Shown here: positions 9,774-18,989 of the stretch, in pieces
Numbering within the stretch: position 1 is the first letter of the stretch
Layout of the letters: every line of letters starts with the position of its first letter
From: an archaeon
Lineage (GTDB): Archaea; Iainarchaeota; Iainarchaeia; Iainarchaeales; 1-14-0-10-31-34
DNA length: 32,000 nucleotides
Assembly: GCA_024277355.1 (NCBI GenBank)
Contig: JAJRVL010000001.1
Coordinates: 30,001-62,000 of the forward strand
Reading direction: 5' to 3'
Translations under genes and position numbers: made by a program
The notes under the pieces: model-generated
Seen by the model: the letters and a program-made list of their open reading frames with translations, nothing else
What the model was told of the DNA's origin: nothing
The model's database searches: none

Positions 9774-10256
9774 TCACTCCTTTTCTTCAATTTTTTTAAT
9801 TATTTTTGCAGGGTTTCCTGCTATAATTACATTAGATGGAACGTCTTTTGTTACAACAGAACCAGCTCCAACAATAGAATTTTCGCCTATTGTTATGCCT
9901 CCTAAAATAGTTGCATTGCTTCCAATTGAAGCTCTTTTTTTAATTAAAGTTTTAACTACCTTCCAGTCTTCTTCTGTCTGCAAGCTTCCGTCTTTGTTTA
10001 CTGCTCTAGGATATAAATCATTGATAAACATTACGCCATGCCCAATAAAAACACCATCTTCAATTGTAACGCCTTCGCAAATAAAAGAATGAGAACTAAT
10101 TTTACAGTCTTTTCCAATAAAAGCATTTTTTTGTATTTCAACAAAAGCTCCTATTTTAGTGTTGTCTCCTATGGTACATCCATATAAATTAGCAAAACAA
10201 AACACTCTTGTATTTTTTCTTAATTTAACATTATTTGTTCTGATGTATTCTTCCAA
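9774..10256 (-). CDS. Left-handed beta-helix (hexapeptide-repeat) sugar N-acetyltransferase (WbpD/WlbB-like)
   Basis: Hexapeptide repeats IGDNTKIGAFVEIQKNAFIGKDCKISSHSFICEGVTIEDGVFIGHGVMFINDLYPRA...IGENSIVGAGSVVTKDV. Confidence 0.8.
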   Translation of the reverse strand: MEEYIRTNNVKLRKNTRVFCFANLYGCTIGDNTKIGAFVEIQKNAFIGKDCKISSHSFICEGVTIEDGVFIGHGVMFINDLYPRAVNKDGSLQTEEDWKVVKTLIKKRASIGSNATILGGITIGENSIVGAGSVVTKDVPSNVIIAGNPAKIIKKIEEKE

Positions 10257-10294
10257 TTTCCCACCAAAAAAAGCCTATTGAAAATCTACTGTTT

Positions 10295-10309
10295 TTAAGT
10301 TATTTTAAA
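10295..10309. promoter_or_regulatory. TATA-like element TTAAGTTATTTTAAA, near-identical copy at 12633-12647
   Basis: Lies in the divergent intergenic region 10257-10418, about 40-50 nt from the minus-strand start at 10256. Confidence 0.3.
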
Positions 10310-10346
10310 GTTATCTGTAACAAAAAGAAAAATCATTAATAAGCTG

Positions 10347-10359
10347 TTTTTGGTACAAA
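10347..10359. promoter_or_regulatory. Conserved 13-mer TTTTTGGTACAAA (copy 1 of 2)
   Basis: Exact 13-nt match to 12606-12618. Both copies lie in divergent intergenic regions, 59 and 70 nt upstream of plus-strand methyltransferase ATGs. Confidence 0.35.
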
Positions 10360-10418
10360 CCTAAAACAGGATCATTAAAATAAATATCTGAATTTAATAT
10401 ATAAAAAAAGTGAAAAAA

Positions 10419-11054
10419 ATGAGTTATTATACTGAAAAACAATTTACAAAAAAAACACAAGACACAGCAGAAACAAGTGTTTTATTTAATACATATTTTT
10501 CTGAAATAAAAGGAAAAATACTTGAAGCCGGATGCAGTGTCGGAAGCTTTCTTTCTCTTTCTCCAGAAAAAATTGAAGGAGTAGATTTTGACGAAACATC
10601 AGTTAATATCTGCAAAAAAAAAGGATTAAATGCAAAAAAAATGGATTTAACAAAAAAACTTGACTACAAAGATGAAACATTTGATGCAGTTTTTTCTTCT
10701 TATGTAATTGAACACATCGAAAAGCCGTTGCCAATGATAAAAGAATTAAGAAGAATCATAAAAAAAAATGGCAAATTAGTAATAATGACTAATGACTGGC
10801 TTAAAACTTTTGACAGAAATTTTTATGACGATTATACTCATGTAAGGCCTTTTACTAAACAGTCATTTAAGCATTTGGCTTATGACGCCGGCTTTAGGAA
10901 TTTTTTTGTTGAACACGAAGGAAAAAGCTTCAAAGGATTAGGTTTTCTTATAAGAAAAGGATTAATTAAAACAAAACATGCAATTGCATTGCAAAAATTT
11001 CTCAGATTTATTGGAATAACAAACAACACAATTGTTTTAGTGGCATTTAAATAA
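10419..11054 (+). CDS. Class I SAM-dependent methyltransferase
   Basis: ILEAGCSVGSF (motif I), FDAVFSSYVIEHI, IKKNGKLVIMT. GTG 10410 in the track is part of the AGTGA SD, so ATG 10419 is preferred. Confidence 0.7.
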   Translation: MSYYTEKQFTKKTQDTAETSVLFNTYFSEIKGKILEAGCSVGSFLSLSPEKIEGVDFDETSVNICKKKGLNAKKMDLTKKLDYKDETFDAVFSSYVIEHIEKPLPMIKELRRIIKKNGKLVIMTNDWLKTFDRNFYDDYTHVRPFTKQSFKHLAYDAGFRNFFVEHEGKSFKGLGFLIRKGLIKTKHAIALQKFLRFIGITNNTIVLVAFK

Positions 11055-11056
11055 AA

Positions 11057-12529
11057 CTATTTATTAATTATTTTTCTAAAAAGAGAAATGTCCTGTTTAT
11101 CAAGTCCTTTAAGAACTCCAAATAAAACAATTGCATAAGCCAAACCGGAAATTAAAAATAAAATAAATATATTTAAATCATAAAAGAAATAAATTAAAGG
11201 AATAATAATTAAACTTGCAATTAAAGGTTTAATTAAAATTTTCAGAATTTCCTTAAAAAAAGAAATAAAACCAAAAAAATATTTTGAAACAAAATACATT
11301 CCTAAAAAGAAAAAAACTATTTGTGAAACAACACTTGCAATTGCTGCTCCCTGAAAATCAAATAAAGGAATCAAAAAAAGATTTAAAATAAAGTTTACTG
11401 CAAAAGACAAAATTACAATATGTAATGCTCTTTTTTCAAATTTAGTTGACTGCAGGGAATTAAGAAAAACAAGGTTAAGGAAATTTAAAACAGAAAACCA
11501 AATTAAAATTGTTAAAGCTGAAGCAGCAGGAGCAAAATTATTTATTTCAGTTGTCGGATAAATTAATTCAATTATTCTTCCTGAAAGAAGAGTAGTAACA
11601 AAAGCTATAGGCAAAACAACAATTAATAAATATTTAAATGACTTTGAAATAACTGTGTTGACTGATTTATTAGATGAAGCAGAAAAAGAAGCCATTACAG
11701 GAAAAATTGCAGACATAAAAGCAGCAGGAATAAAAGAAAGAGTATTAATCAAACGCATTGCAGCACTATAATAGCCTACACTGATATTTCCTTTGAAAAA
11801 AGAAAGCATAACTGAATCCATGTTTGCATAAAAAGACATAAAAACTGCAAGAAAACAAAAAGGCAAACCTGCAATAATTAATTGTTTATATCTTGAAAAA
11901 TTAAATGAAATTTTTGGTTTAATGAATTTTTTTATTACAATAAAAAAACTTAAAATAAAATTAATTACACTTGAAATCAATGCAATGAAAAAAACTTCTT
12001 TTAATCCAAAACCCAAAAAAAGAATTCCAACAGTCAAAACAAAAAGAACTACTTTGTAAACTGTATTTGTAATTAATTCATACTGCATTTCCTGAAAAGC
12101 AAAAAAAATCATTCTGAATAATCCTGCCATTGAATCAAGCAGCAAGGAAATGCCTGCAATCAAAACAAAGAAAACTACAATAAAAGGGTATTCATCTGGA
12201 TTAAAAAAATGAAAAGACAAAATTGAAATAAAAATTACTAATAAAACAAACAAAAACAAACCTAATTTTACAACAAACGCATCTCCCAATAATTCTGCTG
12301 CCTTGCTTTTGTCTTTAGCTATTTCCCTGAAAATAAAAGTTCCAACACCTAAATCTCCAAAAATAGTAAACATTAAAACAAAAGAAAAAGCAAAAGAATA
12401 AACTCCAAAATCCCCTATCCCTAAAAATTGCGCTAAATAAATTACCATTACAAGAGACAAAAATTTCTGGATTAATGTTCCAATACTTAAAAAAGAAACA
12501 TTTTTTCCTATTTTTCTTGCAGTGCTCAT
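11057..12529 (-). CDS. Wzx/RfbX-like polysaccharide flippase (MOP superfamily)
   Basis: About 490 aa and hydrophobic throughout (12 or more predicted spans). N-terminus MSTARKIGKNVSFLSIGTLIQKFLSLVMVIYLAQFLG is typical of polysaccharide biosynthesis flippases. ATG 12529 preferred over TTG 12541. Confidence 0.8.
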   Translation of the reverse strand: MSTARKIGKNVSFLSIGTLIQKFLSLVMVIYLAQFLGIGDFGVYSFAFSFVLMFTIFGDLGVGTFIFREIAKDKSKAAELLGDAFVVKLGLFLFVLLVIFISILSFHFFNPDEYPFIVVFFVLIAGISLLLDSMAGLFRMIFFAFQEMQYELITNTVYKVVLFVLTVGILFLGFGLKEVFFIALISSVINFILSFFIVIKKFIKPKISFNFSRYKQLIIAGLPFCFLAVFMSFYANMDSVMLSFFKGNISVGYYSAAMRLINTLSFIPAAFMSAIFPVMASFSASSNKSVNTVISKSFKYLLIVVLPIAFVTTLLSGRIIELIYPTTEINNFAPAASALTILIWFSVLNFLNLVFLNSLQSTKFEKRALHIVILSFAVNFILNLFLIPLFDFQGAAIASVVSQIVFFFLGMYFVSKYFFGFISFFKEILKILIKPLIASLIIIPLIYFFYDLNIFILFLISGLAYAIVLFGVLKGLDKQDISLFRKIINK

Positions 12530-12605
12530 AAAAAAAACCAAATTGAATAAATAAAGACATACAGGGTTTAATTAAAATATCATCGAAAATTCTTTATTAA
12601 AGGGT

Positions 12606-12618
12606 TTTTTGGTACAAA
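12606..12618. promoter_or_regulatory. Conserved 13-mer TTTTTGGTACAAA (copy 2 of 2)
   Basis: Exact match to 10347-10359, in divergent intergenic region 12530-12688. Confidence 0.35.
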
Positions 12619-12632
12619 AATAAATCAAATAA

Positions 12633-12647
12633 TTAAGTTATTTAAAA
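12633..12647 (+). promoter_or_regulatory. TATA-like element TTAAGTTATTTAAAA upstream of the C-methyltransferase gene
   Basis: Lies 42-56 nt upstream of ATG 12689 and is a near-copy of 10295-10309. Confidence 0.3.
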
Positions 12648-12688
12648 TGTTGCAGGAATAAATAAATAAACTGATTTTAAGTGATTAA

Positions 12689-13954
12689 ATGGAAAAAGCA
12701 ATAAAAATACAAAAATGCAGAGTATGCGGAAAAGAAAAGTTAATTGAAATTCTTTCTTTAGGAGAACAATATGTATCAGATTTTGTTGATTCAGAAACTA
12801 ATAAACCTAAAATTCCTTTAGAATTAATTTTATGCGATGTAAATTCAGGAGGATGCGGTCTTTTGCAGTTAAGACATACAACTCCTTCAAGTTTAATGTA
12901 TCATAATTACTGGTATAGATCCGGAATGAATCAAACAATGACTTTAGCTTTAGCTGACATAACAAAAAAAGCAGAAGAAATAATTTCATTAAAAGAAAAC
13001 GATTTAGTTTTAGACATTGGATGCAATGACGGCACTTTACTTAGAAGTTACCAGACAAAAAAATTAAAATTAACTGGATTTGACCCTGCAAAAAATTTAC
13101 TAAAATATTCAAGAGAAGGAACAACAAAAATCATAAATAATTTTTTTAATGCAGAAGAATTTGAAAAAGAATTCGGAGAAAAAAAAGCAAAAATAATTAC
13201 AAGCATTGCAATGTTTTATGATTTAGATAAACCAAATGATTTTGTTGCAGACATAAAAAAAGTTTTAGATAAAGAAGGTTTATGGATTATTCAGATGAGT
13301 TATCTGCCTTTAATGTTAGAACAAACTGCATTTGACAACATCTGCCATGAACACTTAGAATATTATTCTTTAACTTCATTAGAAAACCTGCTTAAAATGC
13401 ATGACATGGAAGTAATTGGAGCAGAATTAAATGACGTAAACGGAGGAAGCTACAGAGTTTATATTAAACATAAAGGCAGTTCAGTTAAAGCAAAAGAAAA
13501 AGAAACACAACAATTACTTGAATTAAAGGAATACGAAAAAAAATTAGGATTAGAAAATACAAAACCTTATGAAGAATTTGCAGACAGAGTTTTAAAAATA
13601 AAAACAGAATTAACTGAATTTATTAAAAATGAAAATTCAAATGGAAAAAAAATTTATGTTTACGGCGCATCAACTAAAGGAAACACTTTGCTTCAGTTTT
13701 TTGGATTAAACAACAAATTAATTAAAGCTGCAGCAGAAAGAAATCCTGATAAATTTGGAAAAAAAACTATTGGAACTTTAATTCCAATTATTTCAGAAGA
13801 ACAAGCAAGAAAAGAAAAACCAGATTATTTCCTTGTACTGCCGTGGCATTTTATGAAAGAATTCAGAGAAAGAGAAAAACAATATTTTGAACAAGGAGGA
13901 AAATTTATTGCACCTGCACCTGAATTCAAAATAATAGGAAAAGACTCTGAATGA
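12689..13954 (+). CDS. NDP-hexose C-methyltransferase-like enzyme (TylCIII/EryBIII-type architecture)
   Basis: N-terminal Zn-ribbon-like CRVCG...CDVNSGGCGLLQL, then SAM motif LVLDIGCNDGTLL, then a C-terminal domain with IYVYGASTKGNTLLQFF. SD AAGTGAT upstream. Confidence 0.7.
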   Translation: MEKAIKIQKCRVCGKEKLIEILSLGEQYVSDFVDSETNKPKIPLELILCDVNSGGCGLLQLRHTTPSSLMYHNYWYRSGMNQTMTLALADITKKAEEIISLKENDLVLDIGCNDGTLLRSYQTKKLKLTGFDPAKNLLKYSREGTTKIINNFFNAEEFEKEFGEKKAKIITSIAMFYDLDKPNDFVADIKKVLDKEGLWIIQMSYLPLMLEQTAFDNICHEHLEYYSLTSLENLLKMHDMEVIGAELNDVNGGSYRVYIKHKGSSVKAKEKETQQLLELKEYEKKLGLENTKPYEEFADRVLKIKTELTEFIKNENSNGKKIYVYGASTKGNTLLQFFGLNNKLIKAAAERNPDKFGKKTIGTLIPIISEEQARKEKPDYFLVLPWHFMKEFREREKQYFEQGGKFIAPAPEFKIIGKDSE

Positions 13955-15036
13955 AAGTTTTATTAATTTCTGATTTTGCGTTTCCGGTTAAAGCAGGAAC
14001 TGAAAGACTTGTTTTTGGAGCAGCTGAATGGCTGAACAAAAACGGAATTAAAACAGACATTTTAACTCCAAACTGGAACAACCTAAAAGAAAAAGAAACA
14101 CAAAAAGGAGTAAATATTTACAGATTTAAAACTCATTCAATTCATAACACTAATCCCCTAAAAAGAATTCATAATTATATTTCAGCAGGAAAAAAACTTG
14201 AAAAATATGATGTTTACCATGCATTTTATACAATGCCTCCGTTAATTTCAGCAGTAAGACTTGCAGGAAAAATGAAATCAAAATCAGTTATAACTTTTTT
14301 TGGAAGAGAACAATTAGAAAAAAATTTATCTAATCCAGTCAAAAAAATGGTTTTATTAAACCAGTTAAAAAAAGCAGATAAAATTACAACTTATACATGG
14401 AACTTAGAAAAGTACATGAAAAAAAAATATTTCCAGAAAAAAAAGATTACTACTTTACAGGGATGGGCTGAAGAAAAATTCCAGAAAAAAGAATATAAAA
14501 AACCAAAAGAAAAAATTATTTTATTTGTCGGAAGAATAGATAAAAGCAAAGGAATTTTTGTTCTGCTTGATGCATTTGAAAAAATAAAAGATAAAGTTAA
14601 TGCAAAACTGGTTTTTGCAGGCCCTCCTTATGAAAAAGAAAAATTAAAGAAAAAAATTAAAGAAAAAAAAATGGAAAAAGAAACTGAAATATTAGGTTTT
14701 GTTTCAGACAAAAAATTAAATGAATTATACTGCTTAAGTGAAACAGTTGTTGTTCCTGCATTGCATGGAGATGCATTTGGATTAAGTTTAATGGAAGCAG
14801 TAGTATTAGGAAAACCGGTTATTTGTACTGATTCAGTTGGTTCTCCTGACAAAGAAAAAGATAAAGAATTGATTGTTGAAAGAAATAATTCAGATGAATT
14901 AGCTTTAGTTCTTGAAAAACTATTGTCAGACAAAAAGTTTTATGAAAAAGCAGTTAAAGTTTCAGAAAAAAGAGCAAAACTATTTGAAAAAAACAAAGTA
15001 ATGAAAAAATATATTAAAATTTACAAAGAATTATAA
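13951..15036 (+). CDS. Family 4 (GT-B) glycosyltransferase
   Basis: MKVLLISDFAFPVKAGTERLV N-terminus and HGDAFGLSLMEAVVLGKPVICTD. ATGA overlap with the upstream gene. Confidence 0.8.
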   Translation: MKVLLISDFAFPVKAGTERLVFGAAEWLNKNGIKTDILTPNWNNLKEKETQKGVNIYRFKTHSIHNTNPLKRIHNYISAGKKLEKYDVYHAFYTMPPLISAVRLAGKMKSKSVITFFGREQLEKNLSNPVKKMVLLNQLKKADKITTYTWNLEKYMKKKYFQKKKITTLQGWAEEKFQKKEYKKPKEKIILFVGRIDKSKGIFVLLDAFEKIKDKVNAKLVFAGPPYEKEKLKKKIKEKKMEKETEILGFVSDKKLNELYCLSETVVVPALHGDAFGLSLMEAVVLGKPVICTDSVGSPDKEKDKELIVERNNSDELALVLEKLLSDKKFYEKAVKVSEKRAKLFEKNKVMKKYIKIYKEL

Positions 15037-15743
15037 TTCTTGTTTTTGACTAATTGAGCTGCATGAAATAATGATTCAAATGTTCCTGCATCACTCCAAT
15101 AACCTTTCAAAAAATTTGCTTTTAATTTTCCTTTTTTAATAAAAGCATTATTTACATCAGTTATTTCTAATTCATTTCTTCCTGAAGGCTTTAAAGTTTT
15201 AATTATCTGAAATACTTCTGAAGAATACATGTAAATTCCGGTTACAGCAAAATTACTTTTTGGTTTTTTTGGTTTTTCTTCAATTGAAACAACTTTTTTT
15301 TCTTTTAAGTCTGCTACTCCAAATCTTTCAGGTTTATCAACTTCTTTTAAAAAAATAAAAGCTGAATCATCTTTTTCAAATTGTTCAGCATAATTTTTAA
15401 TTGAATCTTCAATTATATTATCACCTAAAACAACAATTATTTTTTCTTTATCAGCAAATTTTTCTGCCAAAGATAAAGCCTGTGCAATTCCTCCTGCTTT
15501 ATCCTGAATTTCATAAGTTAATCTTACATTAAATTCTTCTCCTGAACCTAAAAGTTTAAGAAAACCTCCGGCATGTTCTTTTCCTGAAACAATTAAAATA
15601 TCTTTTATTCCTGCGTCAATTAAAGTCTTTAAAGGATAATAAATCATTGGCTTGTCATACACAGGAAGCAGATGTTTATTTGTAACTTTAGTTAAAGGAT
15701 ATAAACGGGAACCAGTGCCTCCTGCTAAAATTACTCCTTTCAT
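15021..15743 (-). CDS. rmlA: Glucose-1-phosphate thymidylyltransferase, short form
   Basis: MKGVILAGGTGSRLYPLTKVTNKHLLPVYDKPMIYYPL (G-loop GGxGxRLxPLT). Last gene of the rmlC-B-D-A string. Confidence 0.85.
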   Translation of the reverse strand: MKGVILAGGTGSRLYPLTKVTNKHLLPVYDKPMIYYPLKTLIDAGIKDILIVSGKEHAGGFLKLLGSGEEFNVRLTYEIQDKAGGIAQALSLAEKFADKEKIIVVLGDNIIEDSIKNYAEQFEKDDSAFIFLKEVDKPERFGVADLKEKKVVSIEEKPKKPKSNFAVTGIYMYSSEVFQIIKTLKPSGRNELEITDVNNAFIKKGKLKANFLKGYWSDAGTFESLFHAAQLVKNKNYNSL

Positions 15744-16618
15744 TTTTCCATCTCTTTTTTCAGTTTAATTAAACCTTCTTCAACCGAACTCATTTTAATT
15801 CCCTGCAATTGAATCTTTGCTGTACTCAAAGAAGAATTTATCGGCCGTTTTGCTTTCCAATGAGGAATTGATTCAACTTCTTTAATTAAAGAAGAATCTA
15901 AATTAAAAATTTTACAGGTTTTTTCAAGCAAAACTTTTTTTGAGCAGGCTTCACTTCCTGTTACATGAAATGTTCCTGAAAAATTTTTTTCAAGCATTAA
16001 ATACATTGCCTCAGCAATATCATCAATTAAAGTAGGGCAATTAATCATTTTTGCAACCAATATTTCCTTGTTTTCTTTTAAAACATCAACTGCATAATTA
16101 ACAAAAGTTTTTTTGTCTTCTTTTGAATTAAAGCCATGCAAAGCTGAAACTCTTGCAATTAAATAATCATTTAACCCCTGAACTATTTGTTCTCCTTGAA
16201 CTTTTGTTTTGCCGTAAAAATTAACTGGATGAACTTTGTCTTTTTCAGTGTAATTTCCTTTTATGCCGTTAAAAACATAATCAGTTGAAAAAAAAACTAA
16301 TTTTGAATTAAACGCCCTGCAAGCATCAACAACATTTCTTGTCCCTTCAACATTAACTTCAAAAGCATTTTTTTGTTCTGCTTCACATAATTCAACATTA
16401 GTTATTCCTGCAGGCAAAAAAACTATATCAGGGTTTAAATCTTTAAATAAATAAATCATTGATTTTTCATCAGTAATATCCAGAGAATAATCAGATTTTT
16501 CTTCTATTCCTCCAGTAATTATTTTAATTCCTTTTTCTTTGAAAACAGAAACAATTTTTTTTCCAAGAAATCCGTTTCCAATTAAGAAAATTACTTTTTC
16601 TTTAATGGATTCCACCAC
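15740..16618 (-). CDS. rmlD: dTDP-4-dehydrorhamnose reductase
   Basis: SDR fold (IGNGFLGKK), STDYVF, YGKTKVQGE (YxxxK). Sits between rmlB and rmlA. Confidence 0.8.
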   Translation of the reverse strand: MVESIKEKVIFLIGNGFLGKKIVSVFKEKGIKIITGGIEEKSDYSLDITDEKSMIYLFKDLNPDIVFLPAGITNVELCEAEQKNAFEVNVEGTRNVVDACRAFNSKLVFFSTDYVFNGIKGNYTEKDKVHPVNFYGKTKVQGEQIVQGLNDYLIARVSALHGFNSKEDKKTFVNYAVDVLKENKEILVAKMINCPTLIDDIAEAMYLMLEKNFSGTFHVTGSEACSKKVLLEKTCKIFNLDSSLIKEVESIPHWKAKRPINSSLSTAKIQLQGIKMSSVEEGLIKLKKEMEK

Positions 16619-17547
16619 CAGGAATTCTCTTTATACCAGTTAATTGTTTCTTTTAATTCTTCTTCAAAAGAATATTCAGGTTTAAAACCTAAAGCATTAA
16701 TTTTATCGCAATTTAAAGCATATCTTTTATCATGGCCTTTTCTATCTTCAACAAATTCAATGAATTCTTTTCCCTTTCCTAATTCATTTAAAATAAATTC
16801 AGTTATTTCTAAATTTGTTCTTTCATTTTTTCCCCCAACATTATAGGTTTCTCCTTTTTTTCCTTTTTCCATTACTTTAATTACAGCAGAACAATTATCT
16901 TTAACATAAATCCAGTCTCTTACATTTAATCCATTTCCATAAACAGGAACTTTTTTTCCTTCCAGTAAATTTGTAATAAATAAAGGAATTAGTTTTTCAG
17001 GAAACTGATTTGGCCCAAAATTATTTGAAGAACGGGTTATTTTAACATTTAAACCATAAGTTTTGAAATAAGAAAAAGCAAGCCTGTCTGCTCCTGCCTT
17101 TGAAGCAGAATAAGGAGAAGAAGGCATTAAAGGACTGTTCTCAAAAAATAATCCTTTGTCAATACTTCCATAAACTTCATCAGTTGAAATCTGAATAAAA
17201 TTCAAGTCATTTTTTCTTGCCTGTTCCAATAAAACAAAAGTTCCAAAAACATCAGTCTGAATAAACTCTTCAGGCTTTTGAATTGAATTATCTACATGAG
17301 ATTCAGCAGCAAAATTAATTATTATATCAGTATTTTTTGAAGCTTTTTCAACTATTTTTTTGTCGCAGACATCCCCTTTAATAAAATTATAATTAGTGTT
17401 TTTTTCTATTTCTTTTAAGTTTTCTAATCTTCCTGCGTAAGTTAATTTATCTAAATTAGTTATTTTTGTTTCAGGAAATAATTCAAAATACTGTTTAATA
17501 AAATTGCTTCCAATAAATCCTGCTCCGCCGGTTACAAGTAAATTCAT
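16591..17547 (-). CDS. rmlB: dTDP-glucose 4,6-dehydratase
   Basis: MNLLVTGGAGFIGSNF, ISTDEVYG, YSASKAG. GGTGGA SD before ATG 17547. The track ORF's upstream extension to 17598 overlaps rmlC and is rejected. Confidence 0.9.
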   Translation of the reverse strand: MNLLVTGGAGFIGSNFIKQYFELFPETKITNLDKLTYAGRLENLKEIEKNTNYNFIKGDVCDKKIVEKASKNTDIIINFAAESHVDNSIQKPEEFIQTDVFGTFVLLEQARKNDLNFIQISTDEVYGSIDKGLFFENSPLMPSSPYSASKAGADRLAFSYFKTYGLNVKITRSSNNFGPNQFPEKLIPLFITNLLEGKKVPVYGNGLNVRDWIYVKDNCSAVIKVMEKGKKGETYNVGGKNERTNLEITEFILNELGKGKEFIEFVEDRKGHDKRYALNCDKINALGFKPEYSFEEELKETINWYKENSWWWNPLKKK

Positions 17548-17548
17548 T

Positions 17549-18013
17549 TTATCCACCTTTTTTTGCTTTCCATTCAAAATTAATTTCTTTTGAATCAAAA
17601 GGCAGTCTTAATTCATCAGGATTATTGTAATTATAAGTTTTAGTTGGAATATTCAAAATTAATGCTTCTTGGTTGTCAGCTGACTCAAAACCATGCATTA
17701 CATTTCTTGGAATTTTAAGTAAAATACGATTTTCTTCTTTTTCTCCCAACAAAAATTCATTTACTTCATTAAATGTTTCAGAATCCTTTCTTTTGTCACA
17801 TAAAACTACTCTTGCATTTCCTTTAACACAAACAAAATGGTCTGTTTGTTTTTCATGCATATGCCAGCCTTTAGCTGTATTTGGTTTTACACAAGTAATA
17901 TAGACTTGTCCGAACTCCTCAAAGACTTCATCATCATTTCTGAGAATTTCCATTAAATAACCTCGATCATCTTCAATTTTTTTTAGTTTTTTTATTTTAA
18001 TGCCTTTAATCAT
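17549..18013 (-). CDS. rmlC: dTDP-4-dehydrorhamnose 3,5-epimerase-family cupin (short SpsL-like type)
   Basis: EDDRGYLMEILR...AKGWHMHEKQTDHFVCVKGNARVVL cupin core, about 150 aa. Position is directly upstream of rmlB. Confidence 0.7.
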   Translation of the reverse strand: MIKGIKIKKLKKIEDDRGYLMEILRNDDEVFEEFGQVYITCVKPNTAKGWHMHEKQTDHFVCVKGNARVVLCDKRKDSETFNEVNEFLLGEKEENRILLKIPRNVMHGFESADNQEALILNIPTKTYNYNNPDELRLPFDSKEINFEWKAKKGG

Positions 18014-18045
18014 TGAACCACAAAAGATAATTAAATGAAATAAAA

Positions 18046-18978
18046 TTAAAAGTTATTCATTTCCTTAAAATAGTCAATTGTCTGCTTTAATCCGTTATTT
18101 AATGAAATTTTCGGCATCCAATTTAATTTTTCTTCTGCCAACGAAATATCAGGTTTTCTTTTTTCAGGGTCATCACTTAAAGCAGATTTAAATTCAATCG
18201 GACTGTTTCCTGCTAATTTCTTTATTTTTTCTGCAAAATCAATAATAGAATATTCTTCAGGATTGCCTAAATTAATCGGCCCTAAAAAATCTGAATTCAT
18301 CATTTTTAAGATTCCATCAATAATGTCAGAAATAAAACAAAAACTTCTTGTTTGTTTACCTGAACCATAAATAGTCAAAGGCTTATTGTTTAAAGCCTGA
18401 AAAATAAAATTTGGAACAACTCTTCCGTCATCAATTCGCATTTTTGGCCCAAAAGTATTAAAGATTCTTACAATTTTTCCTTTAAAACCAAATTGTTTTT
18501 CATAAGATTTAATTAAGGCTTCAGAAAAACGTTTTGATTCATCATAACAGGATCTTTCTCCAACAGGATTAACATTGCCGTAATAAGATTCTTTTTGCGG
18601 ATGCTCTAAAGGGTTGCCGTAAACTTCAGAAGTTGAAGTAAACAAAAATTTTGCTTTATTTTTTACTGCAAGGTCTAATAAATTTTTTGTTCCAATTGAA
18701 CCTGAAAGCATTGTTTCAACTGGTTTTGAAAAATAATCAACAGGAGAAGCCAAAGAAGCTAAATGAAAAACTTCATTAACTTTTTCTTCAAAAACAAAAA
18801 AATTAACATCTTCCTGTAAAAAATGAAAGTTCTTGTTTTCCATTAAATTTTCAATGTTTTTTTTTCTTCCTGATAAAAGATTATCAATACAAAAAACTTC
18901 TTTTTTTTGATTAAGCAAAGCCTCACATAAATGGCTTCCAATAAATCCTGCTCCTCCGGAAACCAAAACTTTATTCAT
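18046..18978 (-). CDS. uxs: UDP-glucuronate decarboxylase (UDP-xylose synthase)
   Basis: VLVSGGAGFIGSHL, SEVYGNPLEHPQKESYYGNVNPVGERSCYDESKRFSEAL (UXS signature block). Confidence 0.85.
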   Translation of the reverse strand: MNKVLVSGGAGFIGSHLCEALLNQKKEVFCIDNLLSGRKKNIENLMENKNFHFLQEDVNFFVFEEKVNEVFHLASLASPVDYFSKPVETMLSGSIGTKNLLDLAVKNKAKFLFTSTSEVYGNPLEHPQKESYYGNVNPVGERSCYDESKRFSEALIKSYEKQFGFKGKIVRIFNTFGPKMRIDDGRVVPNFIFQALNNKPLTIYGSGKQTRSFCFISDIIDGILKMMNSDFLGPINLGNPEEYSIIDFAEKIKKLAGNSPIEFKSALSDDPEKRKPDISLAEEKLNWMPKISLNNGLKQTIDYFKEMNNF

Positions 18979-18989
18979 AAAAAAAATCC

